Assembly: GCA_024672275.1 (NCBI GenBank)
Contig: GCA_024672275.1_4536.1
Direction: 5' to 3' (one strand)
DNA from: a phage
DNA length: 64,000 nucleotides
Positions 1-8,785 of this stretch are shown here, in pieces. A program made the position numbers and the translations under genes. Under the pieces are notes generated by a model. The model did not search any database, was not told the DNA's origin, and saw nothing but the letters and a program-made list of their open reading frames with translations. Every line of letters begins with the position of its first letter. The stretch's first letter is position 1.

Positions 1-1
1 C

Positions 2-406
2 TTTGTAACAGATCAGGCTGGAATAACAAAGAAAACTTCTTTGAAAGTGCTGTTGAGTGGTGCAGGGGTAACTAGAAACCGTCTGAATGCACGGGGAACA
101 GTAACTAGCACCTTGGCATTAGATATTAGTTCAGCAGAATATTTTTCTGCAACTTTATCTTCTGCAACGTGCACAATTAGTTTTACTAATATTCCAGTAG
201 CAACAAATGCAGTTTTAAACTTTACTTTAGCTTTGCGTCAAGGAAGTGGTGCAAATAAAGTCGTATGGCCTTCTTCTGTAAAATGGAGTTTTGGTCGCCC
301 CCCAGTTTTGAGTTATCGTCAAGGTGCAACAGACACTTTTGAGTTTATCAGTTATGATAATGGAGCAACTTGGACAGGTAGCTTAGTTTTAGCAGGAGTT
401 ATTTAA
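2..406 (+). CDS. tail-associated structural protein, probably 5'-truncated at window edge
   Basis: Frame appears open from nt 2 to the stop at 404-406 (track ORF 41..406 begins at a non-ATG codon); T/S/A/N-rich composition; first gene of the rightward tail series. Confidence 0.35.
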   Translation, partial: FVTDQAGITKKTSLKVLLSGAGVTRNRLNARGTVTSTLALDISSAEYFSATLSSATCTISFTNIPVATNAVLNFTLALRQGSGANKVVWPSSVKWSFGRPPVLSYRQGATDTFEFISYDNGATWTGSLVLAGVI

Positions 407-3282
407 TGTCAAGAGTTAAGCACAATATTGACAACACGTTTCAGTTGATTGAAGGGTTGGTTCAGTTTTTGGAAAGAAATACTGGTCTTACCATAGATCC
501 TACGGTTCAGCACTACATTATCAACCCACAAAACGTATTGGCGAACAACAGACACTTTATTAACTGGACAGCGCAGGAAGGGCAACCAAACGGTGACGCT
601 ACTACCGAAGGTCAATCTGTGCTTATCACTGGTTTTGCTTATGCATATTTGGCTACAGGAGATAAAAAATATCTTGAATCTGCCGAGAAGTATTGGCAAG
701 CCTATATAGATCACTTCTTCGGGGGCCAACCTATTCCTGATCCTCCAGCTAAGTATCGTCCCAACTGGATCATCAATGGTAAAGAACCACGTTTAGCACA
801 CTACCCTCTCACAGATGATGGGTATCCTACGCACGGTGGGTTCAAAGGTAGCATGATGACTTGGATTAACGGAAGGACTGTTATTCCTAAAGGTGCGCCA
901 CATTGGGGAGAATACTTAGATAAAGCTTGGTTTGCTTTCAATGGTAATCTTGGTTGGAACTCTGTTAACGCAACAGTGTATGCAACTAACCCAGATGGTT
1001 CAACCAACTGGAAAGAATATGGAGATCAGTGGGACGTTGAATGGATTATAGATCGTCTAGGACGTAAAGTTGATTGGGATGGTAACATTTTATCTACAGG
1101 TCACAGGTTCGCAGAATATGGAACAGTGCAACTTAAAAATACTTCTGTGAACGGGGACTATAAATTCAACTACGCTACATGCAATCCTGTAGAACACGGT
1201 GGATATCTGCTTAAGCGTAATGAGATGTGGCATAACCGTCCTGTAAACGTTCCGGTAGAGTTAGGTTATCAAGACAATGCTTCCGATGCTGAAACGTGGT
1301 GGTGTGATGCAAACTACTTGATGTATCAGATCACAGGAGAGAGAAAATACTGGCTTTGCTGGCAATCTTCTTTATTGTTGTGTCAAGACTACTCAAACAT
1401 CGATATGTTTGATAAATTCTTCCGTAGATCTACGACAGCAATAATTCCTTTTACAGATGGTATCTCGTATGATTACTCATACCCATCTACAGCAATACCT
1501 AAATATTCTCGTGACGAGTTAGGATACACAGTAATTCGCCAAGATGTTGCAGCACAAACAACTCTAGAACAACAGGCAGTTTGGTTCAGAGTGGATCAGA
1601 ATTCAAAACTGCGTATTGAGTTTCAAGGCGTAGATGATGCAGGGGAAGGTGTTCTTTTCCGTCCAGAGTTAGAATTAAGCAAGACTAAGAGTGAAACAGA
1701 CACAGTGACATATCGTTGTGGCTTACCTCTTGGTGCAGCTAATATGACTAAGATGGATATACCTTTATCTAGTTTTATGCGCACCGAACCTCCTGGAGGT
1801 GGTGTATATATTATTGCTGAACCCAGAATTATTGTTGACTGGGGAAGCAATACTGTGATACAATATAAATATGCAACTGGTATTGCTGGGACAAATAGTG
1901 ATCAGATAGTTTCTGCTAATATGGATTCAGATGGTGGTTTTACTGTTGGGTTTTGGTTAACACCAACTAAAACAGCCAATTTAAAATCTATTACATATCG
2001 TTCATACGCAGATGATTTTAACATCACTATTACGGATTCCGCAGGTTGGAGATGGTGGGCCATGTTAGAAAAAACAAATTCTGCATGGGTTACTAAAGCT
2101 TTAAGTCCTGCTGATTTCAAATTAAGCACTTGGCAACCCAATCATAACGACACAGAGACAAAACCTTCGTCAATAAACCTGACTGCTGTTGATCAGATCA
2201 ACATTGCATTGGATTCTGAACCTGCAAATGGCTTGACAGGGGCAATCGATTTTTATTGTGTTAACGATATCCCATCTTTGTATTCTTCAGCCGCTGGTGA
2301 TGATTACACAATGTATTTCAGGGTTACAGTTTCATCTGAAAATCCTTATACAGCAAAACTTGGAGATTGTACAATACTGGACTATAAACTTGACAGTTTG
2401 AATTATACTCCAGGAATCATTCCATTTTCCAATATTAGTGATCCTAACACAGCATTATATGACGGTTGGCGTGGTATTCCTTACCCAGGTTATCAATACC
2501 CATCCTTATATTGTTTTAAAGGGAGAGATATTGACTGGGTTCGTATGAACAACAGTATAGACTTTTTATATGATTCACAAATGTGGTTTTATAATAAGTT
2601 TGCCCCTGTAATGCCTGGGCCAATGGCACAAGCTTATGTTTGGGATCGTTGGGATGCTCATAAATATGGAAACAAAAATGAGTTCACAATGTATCATTGG
2701 AACGATAAAGCTTGGGATGGTTATGAAGCACGAGCATTCTTCTGTGCGTGTCATACGGTATACGAACTAAAGCGACGAGGAGCCGAAGTTCCTGAAAAAC
2801 TTTTAACAGTTTGTAAAAACTGGATCAACTACCTGAAGTGGTTCCAAGATAACAACGAAGGAAGAACACCAACAATATTTTATCCCAACGGAGAAGTGGC
2901 TGCGCCTGTAGATGACTTTACAAGTCACATGTCTGCGCTCTTTATGGCGGGATGTGCTATAATGGGGATGGCTGGATATGATTCAGAAATTCCTAACATT
3001 AAAATAGTAGCAGACCGCTGTTTTGAACTTATTCAGGAAAACTATATTGTTCTTGGTCCTAATCACGTTATGAATGGTTGTTGGAGTGCTGCTCCTAGAC
3101 CAGACAGTGATAACGGAGTCTTCTTTGGCTTCCACGCTGGAGAGTTGTTACGTGGTTTTGGGTTGTATGCTTTATACAAAAAACTTAATCCCCAAAATGC
3201 ATTACCTGTTTTGGATTCGAGCAATATTCCTGCACTTACTGTTTTGACAATGGCAAACATTAGTGTGGACGTTACCGAGTAA
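406..3282 (+). CDS. large tail/baseplate structural protein (958 aa)
   Basis: Long ORF with ATGA overlap to the upstream ORF; W/Y/N/D-rich, no enzymatic motif recognised; position in tail module. Confidence 0.45.
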   Translation: MSRVKHNIDNTFQLIEGLVQFLERNTGLTIDPTVQHYIINPQNVLANNRHFINWTAQEGQPNGDATTEGQSVLITGFAYAYLATGDKKYLESAEKYWQAYIDHFFGGQPIPDPPAKYRPNWIINGKEPRLAHYPLTDDGYPTHGGFKGSMMTWINGRTVIPKGAPHWGEYLDKAWFAFNGNLGWNSVNATVYATNPDGSTNWKEYGDQWDVEWIIDRLGRKVDWDGNILSTGHRFAEYGTVQLKNTSVNGDYKFNYATCNPVEHGGYLLKRNEMWHNRPVNVPVELGYQDNASDAETWWCDANYLMYQITGERKYWLCWQSSLLLCQDYSNIDMFDKFFRRSTTAIIPFTDGISYDYSYPSTAIPKYSRDELGYTVIRQDVAAQTTLEQQAVWFRVDQNSKLRIEFQGVDDAGEGVLFRPELELSKTKSETDTVTYRCGLPLGAANMTKMDIPLSSFMRTEPPGGGVYIIAEPRIIVDWGSNTVIQYKYATGIAGTNSDQIVSANMDSDGGFTVGFWLTPTKTANLKSITYRSYADDFNITITDSAGWRWWAMLEKTNSAWVTKALSPADFKLSTWQPNHNDTETKPSSINLTAVDQINIALDSEPANGLTGAIDFYCVNDIPSLYSSAAGDDYTMYFRVTVSSENPYTAKLGDCTILDYKLDSLNYTPGIIPFSNISDPNTALYDGWRGIPYPGYQYPSLYCFKGRDIDWVRMNNSIDFLYDSQMWFYNKFAPVMPGPMAQAYVWDRWDAHKYGNKNEFTMYHWNDKAWDGYEARAFFCACHTVYELKRRGAEVPEKLLTVCKNWINYLKWFQDNNEGRTPTIFYPNGEVAAPVDDFTSHMSALFMAGCAIMGMAGYDSEIPNIKIVADRCFELIQENYIVLGPNHVMNGCWSAAPRPDSDNGVFFGFHAGELLRGFGLYALYKKLNPQNALPVLDSSNIPALTVLTMANISVDVTE

Positions 3283-3290
3283 GGGGTAAA

Positions 3291-5444
3291 ATGAAACAAG
3301 CTATATTTACTGTCACGCGAGACAAGAGAGTAAATGCGAGTTCATTTAACTACACGACTGTTGACGGAACAGCAGTCGCTGGTAGAGATTATATTGCAAA
3401 ATCGGGAACACTTGTGTTCCCTGATGATGCTGATTCTGCTACTATTGTGGTTGAAGTATTTGAACGACCAAAGAACTCAATAGATCTTAACTTCTCCCTC
3501 CAAGTTTCAGGGATTAGTCAAAATAACATGATGGTTGAAACAACCATCAATTGTATTATAACTACTATCCAAGAAAATACTACTCCAATAACTTGGACTA
3601 CAAAAGACGTTAAAATGTTCTCTCCTATGTATTGGACAATAGATTCTCAAGCAACGGAAAGTTGTTCTATTGTATCTCATGGAGACTCTTTTACTGCAAG
3701 ATTTGTAAACAGAACAACAGCAGGTTTGGCAGGGGTTATCTGGAGCACAGTTGACAAATATGACCATAAAGGTGTTGGGTATTTGCCTCACACAGATTTA
3801 AGTTCAGAGAAACTTTGGTTTAAAATGGAAATTAGTCAAAACATGCCAGGTTTTAAAGAAGAACCTTTGGTGCCGACTTTGACTGTAACTCTCCTGGATA
3901 AAAGTGTTCATTATGTCAGTTTAGGATTCTACGCTTCAGATATTTCAGAAGATGGTAAAACAGCCACAATAAAGTTAGATTTTAGTAATATCTTTTCTGG
4001 CCCTAATAATGATATTCCTTTGGATATGAGTGCTGTAGATAATATTTTCTTCTCTTTGATTACAGCAAGGTATGAAAAAATAGAAGAGGTTGTACCTATT
4101 GACAGTCAAGAGGCTTGGTTTACTTTCACTCTTCTTGAACCTACTTCTGGTTACAGTATGATGAAAGTCAGCAACCTTGTCCAGCCTGAACATGATATTC
4201 GCATGTGCACATCTTATGATGATATGTATAACCTGACTCCAGAGAGAGTTATTTATAATACATATGCACTAGGTTATCGTGGAATGATTAACCATTACAA
4301 CGGAATGTCTCACTATTATGAGTTCTCATGGAACGGAACATCTTGGGCTTTAAATAGATCTGTTTTCCTGAATCCGGCTACAGAAGCTTGGCTTAACAGT
4401 TTCCATTCTATAGCTAATGAAAATGGCTACACAATAATGAACTCTTTGAGTTTTGAGTTGATGAGCACAGTTTGTCCTGTTGAATGGGTCCAGCATGATT
4501 GGAACGATGCTCTTGCAGCAACAGGGTATAAGCCTCCTAGTTACGTGTTGTCTCCAACTATTGACGAAGGCATGGAATATTTGCAAAATGTTATTAACAA
4601 AATAGCATCTATTTCTCAAGCTAATAACATTCCAGTCGTCATTCAAATTGGTGAACCTTGGTGGTGGTATAATACAGCAAGTAAAATGCCTTGCATATAC
4701 GATTACACTACCAAACTGGCATTCAACACAGAAACTGGCTTATTTGCACAAGATGCAGGAACAATAGATAATTATAAAACAGGAACGCCGTTTGACGAAT
4801 ACTATGCATTTTTGTCTCGTAAACTGGGGTTAAGAGTTACAAAGTTTGCAACAGACACCAGAGCAACTTATCCTGGAGCTAAAGTAACATTGCTTCCGTT
4901 CTTACCGTCAATTATTGGCAACGGTTTGATGGAGAAAGTTAACTTTCCGTCTGATTACTACATTCCTGAAGCTTTTGATTTTTACTGTTCAGAGTGTTAT
5001 GACTGGCTTCTGGAAGGTAAGATGATGAAAGCATTTGATGCAATTACCATACCACATGAAAAATTAGGTTTTGAATATTCTGATATTCACTATCTTTCAG
5101 GTTTTGTTCCAGATGCTACTCTTGCGCCTTTGTATGGCTTCGATCCTGAATCAAACTACCGCACGTATCTTTGGAAAATGATTATAGGTAATATAGTGTT
5201 GAACGCCAACAAGTTTAACGGACTTACACAATATATATGGGCCTATCCTCAAATAATGCACGATTCCATTACGGTAGTTAACTCTCAATCCCAAGTTTTC
5301 TATATGGGTAATGTGCCTTTGAATTGCTATTTGCAAGATATCACTCTTAAACAAGCAAATGTTGAGATTGCTACCATAAGTGGAATTACATTAGCTACTA
5401 AATCTGGAGAAGATTTAGTAACAACACAAAAATTTTATATATAG
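3291..5444 (+). CDS. tail structural protein, putative fibre or baseplate component (717 aa)
   Basis: SD AAGGGG upstream of ATG; long ORF in tail-gene series; no catalytic motif recognised. Confidence 0.45.
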   Translation: MKQAIFTVTRDKRVNASSFNYTTVDGTAVAGRDYIAKSGTLVFPDDADSATIVVEVFERPKNSIDLNFSLQVSGISQNNMMVETTINCIITTIQENTTPITWTTKDVKMFSPMYWTIDSQATESCSIVSHGDSFTARFVNRTTAGLAGVIWSTVDKYDHKGVGYLPHTDLSSEKLWFKMEISQNMPGFKEEPLVPTLTVTLLDKSVHYVSLGFYASDISEDGKTATIKLDFSNIFSGPNNDIPLDMSAVDNIFFSLITARYEKIEEVVPIDSQEAWFTFTLLEPTSGYSMMKVSNLVQPEHDIRMCTSYDDMYNLTPERVIYNTYALGYRGMINHYNGMSHYYEFSWNGTSWALNRSVFLNPATEAWLNSFHSIANENGYTIMNSLSFELMSTVCPVEWVQHDWNDALAATGYKPPSYVLSPTIDEGMEYLQNVINKIASISQANNIPVVIQIGEPWWWYNTASKMPCIYDYTTKLAFNTETGLFAQDAGTIDNYKTGTPFDEYYAFLSRKLGLRVTKFATDTRATYPGAKVTLLPFLPSIIGNGLMEKVNFPSDYYIPEAFDFYCSECYDWLLEGKMMKAFDAITIPHEKLGFEYSDIHYLSGFVPDATLAPLYGFDPESNYRTYLWKMIIGNIVLNANKFNGLTQYIWAYPQIMHDSITVVNSQSQVFYMGNVPLNCYLQDITLKQANVEIATISGITLATKSGEDLVTTQKFYI

Positions 5445-5452
5445 GAGTAAAA

Positions 5453-6757
5453 ATGTCAACTACAATTACTAATTTACCAGAAACATCAAAAGTTAATGGT
5501 TCTGATTACCTGGTTTTAGACCAATCTGATAAGACTGTTAAAAGCACAGTTTCCAACTTTCTTACTGACACTGGGGTGGTTTTAGCCACCCAGTTGAAAG
5601 ATACAGATGGAGCAGATTTAATACAATCCTCAAATGGTAATACTGTTCAGGAAGAGTTGAATAACAATCTTCTTAATAATCGTGAACAGTGGCGTCGTAG
5701 TCTTGCTGAGGCAGGGTTAACCCTTGTCAACGGTAGCTTTGAAGAAGGGGCTACAGTAAACAATAAGACGGATGCTGTTTGGCATATTGCTGGTGGGCAG
5801 TGCTATACGTGGGATGGTGCTTTCCCTAAAGCTGTTCCCTCTGACTCAACCACTACATCAACCGGTGGTGTTGGAACAGGTGCATGGGTTAGTGTTGGTG
5901 ATGCATCTTTGCGTACTGATTTATCTTCATCTGATGGTGCTGGGCTTATTGGTGTTAGCTCTGGAGGGACAGTACAAGGCTCCCTCTCCGACATTAAGAA
6001 CTTAATTAAGCACGCGCAGCCGCTTTCTGACAGACGCATCGTAGCTATTGCTCACCGTGGATATTCAGAGACGTATTTAGAGCAAACACTGATGGCTTAC
6101 AGTCAATGTAATGCTGATGTATTAGAAGTCGATATGCAAACTACATCAGATGGGTATGCTGTGTGCTTCCATGACAATGACTTGTCCCCTGCTACCGTAG
6201 GAGGTTCTGGGGCGGTAAAAGATAACACATACTCCACCGTTTCCGCATTACGTTTTACAAGAGCCGTCGGTACAAGATACGCAGACATGGCGGGCATACC
6301 GACATTGGGGTCAGTCTGCCGGATTGCTATGCGACGCGGTAAAATGCTTCACGCAGAAATAAAAGGCTACAGAACGTTAGAAGATTGCGCTCTTTACTCG
6401 AGCATAGTCAACCAATACGGCTTGAGTCCATACACCACATTTTCATGCTTCGACTTCGCTCCGTTGGCATACACCCACAACATAAATCCGCGTATTACCT
6501 ACGCACTAGAGTTAAACTCTTACGATAGTAGCATGGACGCTAACATAGCAGAGCTTGCGTCCTGGGGCGGGTCTGTGTTGTCTATAAACAAAAACATATT
6601 GAGCACTATAGGCAATAAGAAGCTTCGCGAGTGGGAGGCTATGGGGCTTACTTTGGCCGCATGGACGATATACACGGCAGAACAAATGCAGACCGTTGCC
6701 AATTACGGCATACGTCTTGTATATCTGGATAAAGATTTTTACAACATTATAGGTTAA
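5453..6757 (+). CDS. tail fibre protein with C-terminal glycerophosphodiester phosphodiesterase (GDPD) domain
   Basis: SD AGGAG; N-terminal fibre-anchor-like segment; C-terminal half has GDPD signature IAHRGYSETYLEQTLMAY...CNADVLEVDMQTTSDGYAVCFHDND. Confidence 0.7.
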   Translation: MSTTITNLPETSKVNGSDYLVLDQSDKTVKSTVSNFLTDTGVVLATQLKDTDGADLIQSSNGNTVQEELNNNLLNNREQWRRSLAEAGLTLVNGSFEEGATVNNKTDAVWHIAGGQCYTWDGAFPKAVPSDSTTTSTGGVGTGAWVSVGDASLRTDLSSSDGAGLIGVSSGGTVQGSLSDIKNLIKHAQPLSDRRIVAIAHRGYSETYLEQTLMAYSQCNADVLEVDMQTTSDGYAVCFHDNDLSPATVGGSGAVKDNTYSTVSALRFTRAVGTRYADMAGIPTLGSVCRIAMRRGKMLHAEIKGYRTLEDCALYSSIVNQYGLSPYTTFSCFDFAPLAYTHNINPRITYALELNSYDSSMDANIAELASWGGSVLSINKNILSTIGNKKLREWEAMGLTLAAWTIYTAEQMQTVANYGIRLVYLDKDFYNIIG

Positions 6758-6762
6758 CTGAT

Positions 6763-7530
6763 ATGAAGCAAATTATTAACTCCCGCAATTTCTCACACTG
6801 GGACTTTTTAAACACTGGTTCTGGTACAACGATGGTTGTGCCGGATGGTAGGTTACGTATGCAAAACCCTGATGACTCAAGCAGAGCAATGGTGATTCGC
6901 GATATCATGCTAATGCCTGGGGATACTGTGACCATCTATGGTATTGGAAGGACAACGTCGTTATCATCAGGCGCATTTATAATGGGGGTGGAGTACCCTG
7001 TTGGCAAACGCCTCGCTCAAGCTAACTTTATCCATAACGAAGACAGCTTACTTCTTAAATGTTCATGGAAATGTCCGGTAGACGCCGAACCGTGCACTGT
7101 TAGGCTTGCTTGCGGTCTTCCGAAATCAACAACAGCCATTGCGTATATGACAGACTTATGGATCGAGATTGACTCTGAAAACTTGAGTAGTCGACGCATC
7201 TTAATGGACGGTGTTCTTGAGATAAACGCTGGTGTGGCATCTATATCAACGGCATATGACCGTTGTAACGTAGGATCAATTAACGCGTCCAGCGTCAACG
7301 TTGACATTAGCCCAGCCGTCTTCACCGCAGGAGACCGTAGGCCTTTGGCGTTTGTCCAGCCGATTTTTAACACTAAAGAAACGTACTCATCCGGAGTTTT
7401 AATTCCTGTCGCTGACTTCACTAAGGCTGGGGTTCTAAACATTAGACTTCAAAACCCAGCTACAGGGAATCTCGTAGGTGTTACTGGAGCCAGTATTTAC
7501 AAAACAATAGCTTTCACTGTATATATTTGA
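6763..7530 (+). CDS. hypothetical structural protein (255 aa)
   Basis: ORF contiguous with the tail-gene series; no motif recognised. Confidence 0.35.
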   Translation: MKQIINSRNFSHWDFLNTGSGTTMVVPDGRLRMQNPDDSSRAMVIRDIMLMPGDTVTIYGIGRTTSLSSGAFIMGVEYPVGKRLAQANFIHNEDSLLLKCSWKCPVDAEPCTVRLACGLPKSTTAIAYMTDLWIEIDSENLSSRRILMDGVLEINAGVASISTAYDRCNVGSINASSVNVDISPAVFTAGDRRPLAFVQPIFNTKETYSSGVLIPVADFTKAGVLNIRLQNPATGNLVGVTGASIYKTIAFTVYI

Positions 7531-7543
7531 TTGCAATACACTA

Positions 7544-7566
7544 AAACCCCGCCGAAGCTGGGTTAG
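7544..7566 (-). terminator. putative intrinsic terminator (imperfect GC hairpin with TTCG loop, then T-run on minus strand)
   Basis: Minus-strand reading AACCCAGCTTCGGCGGGGTTTTAG immediately 3' of the ssb relic; stem has one mismatch. Confidence 0.3.
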
Positions 7567-7574
7567 TTCTATCA

Positions 7575-7620
7575 TCAGAACGGAATATCGTCGTCGAAAT
7601 CCATCGGAGGCTCATTACCT
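7575..7620 (-). pseudogene. orphan 3' fragment of an ssb gene (encodes ...NEPPMDFDDDIPF-stop)
   Basis: About 45-60 nt with roughly 85-90% identity to the 3' end of the full ssb at 20782..; upstream frame closed by TAA, so no full ORF; lies in the spacer between tail genes. Confidence 0.5.
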
Positions 7621-7769
7621 CCTTGTGGGCTTTATTGTTTGGGTGGCAGTTGCTGTTTATCAACCAAACCAACGCTGCGGTAGGTAGGGGGTTTTTGTTG
7701 TACCCCCTAACAAATTATTAGGTAGACTGTTTTAGTCAATTACGACTTAACTAACCTGAGAAAGTCCCT

Positions 7770-8060
7770 ATGGGAAATGAACCAGATAACGTAACTCTAG
7801 CCAGACTCGAGGAGAGACTGAGAAACATTTTCGAAAACCAAACCCGTGAATCAAGGGAAAGGGAGAAAATGGAAGAGTCTATTAAAAAACTAAGTGAGTC
7901 TATGGGCGACCTTAGTAACCGACTTAAACGGGTAGAGGAGAGCATCACTAAGTCTGAGCCTACTATTGAAGAGTTCATCACCATTAAACATAAAGTTGCT
8001 GGTGCTGGAATTTTTGGCAAGTTGGCATGGGCTGTAGCAGGTGCAAATGGGCTTCATTAA
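7770..8060 (+). CDS. hypothetical protein, coiled-coil with C-terminal hydrophobic helix (96 aa)
   Basis: ORF; charged heptad-like N-terminal part, C-terminal VAGAGIFGKLAWAVAGANGL segment. Confidence 0.4.
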   Translation: MGNEPDNVTLARLEERLRNIFENQTRESREREKMEESIKKLSESMGDLSNRLKRVEESITKSEPTIEEFITIKHKVAGAGIFGKLAWAVAGANGLH

Positions 8061-8191
8061 GGTTCACACAAGCTATGTCCTGCAAGCGCATGTCATCGCC
8101 ATGTGATAAAATGATGAAAACATATCGTAGCAGGGTTAATCTTGTCTTTAGTTACTATCGTACTAACTCAAAGTGTTGTCACTACCACTGC

Positions 8192-8213
8192 AAGCCCCTC
8201 CAAAGAGGGGCTT
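8192..8213 (+). other. perfect 9-bp stem-loop AAGCCCCTC-CAAA-GAGGGGCTT in an untranslated spacer
   Basis: Palindrome read directly; sits in a ~177-nt non-coding gap inside the tail operon; no clear T-tract. Confidence 0.35.
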
Positions 8214-8237
8214 ACTTAGAAAAACAAAGAGGTTGTT

Positions 8238-8546
8238 ATGAACGAAATGTTCTCCCAAGGTGGTAAAGGTTCAACCGGAATCTTAACCAATAAACAAGCA
8301 GTAGCCCGTCACTTTGGAGTTAAACAATCTGAGGTTGTTTACTTCTCAATTGGTGTGGATTTGGGTGGGTATAAGGTTATCTATGACAAGGAGACGCAAA
8401 GGGCGTATTCCCTACCTGCTGATATTGCCCCAGGTACTACTGCCATTAGTCTTAGTGCTGCTGTACTTGTGCATTCAGCGGGTTCTGTAGACCTTGGGGA
8501 ATTAGCTATATCTTGTGATTTAAAAAGTAATGAGAACGCACTATGA
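8238..8546 (+). CDS. hypothetical protein (102 aa)
   Basis: ORF with SD GAGGT upstream; no motif recognised. Confidence 0.4.
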   Translation: MNEMFSQGGKGSTGILTNKQAVARHFGVKQSEVVYFSIGVDLGGYKVIYDKETQRAYSLPADIAPGTTAISLSAAVLVHSAGSVDLGELAISCDLKSNENAL

Positions 8547-8785
8547 GAAAATTTTTAATAGGTATGTTCTGTACATATCCCGATAATAAAGTCAGTTCTA
8601 CGAAAGTCTGGAACGCTGTAGGCATGTCGGTTATGACAGGCATGTTTATCTTTTTAGGAATAGAAAAAGAAATTCCTGAATGGATGGGTTGGGCTTTTGT
8701 TTTCATGATAACCCCTTCTCGCCTCATGAAAAATCTTATTGATTTACGTTGGGGCAGATCACAATCTACTAAAGAGGATGACTAA
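8543..8785 (+). CDS. small membrane protein (80 aa)
   Basis: ATGA overlap with upstream ORF; two or three hydrophobic segments (FLIGMFCTY, GMSVMTGMFIFLGI, WMGWAFVFMI). Confidence 0.4.
   Translation: MRKFLIGMFCTYPDNKVSSTKVWNAVGMSVMTGMFIFLGIEKEIPEWMGWAFVFMITPSRLMKNLIDLRWGRSQSTKEDD

Noticed and set aside
7575-7620. A second functional ssb gene
   Set aside because: Only the last ~15-20 codons are present and the frame is closed by a stop codon upstream; it is annotated as a relic, not a gene.
8027-8266. 79-aa ORF spanning the tail-operon spacer
   Set aside because: Cys/Arg/Tyr-rich junk-like translation, no RBS, and it overlaps the hairpin and the next gene's start.
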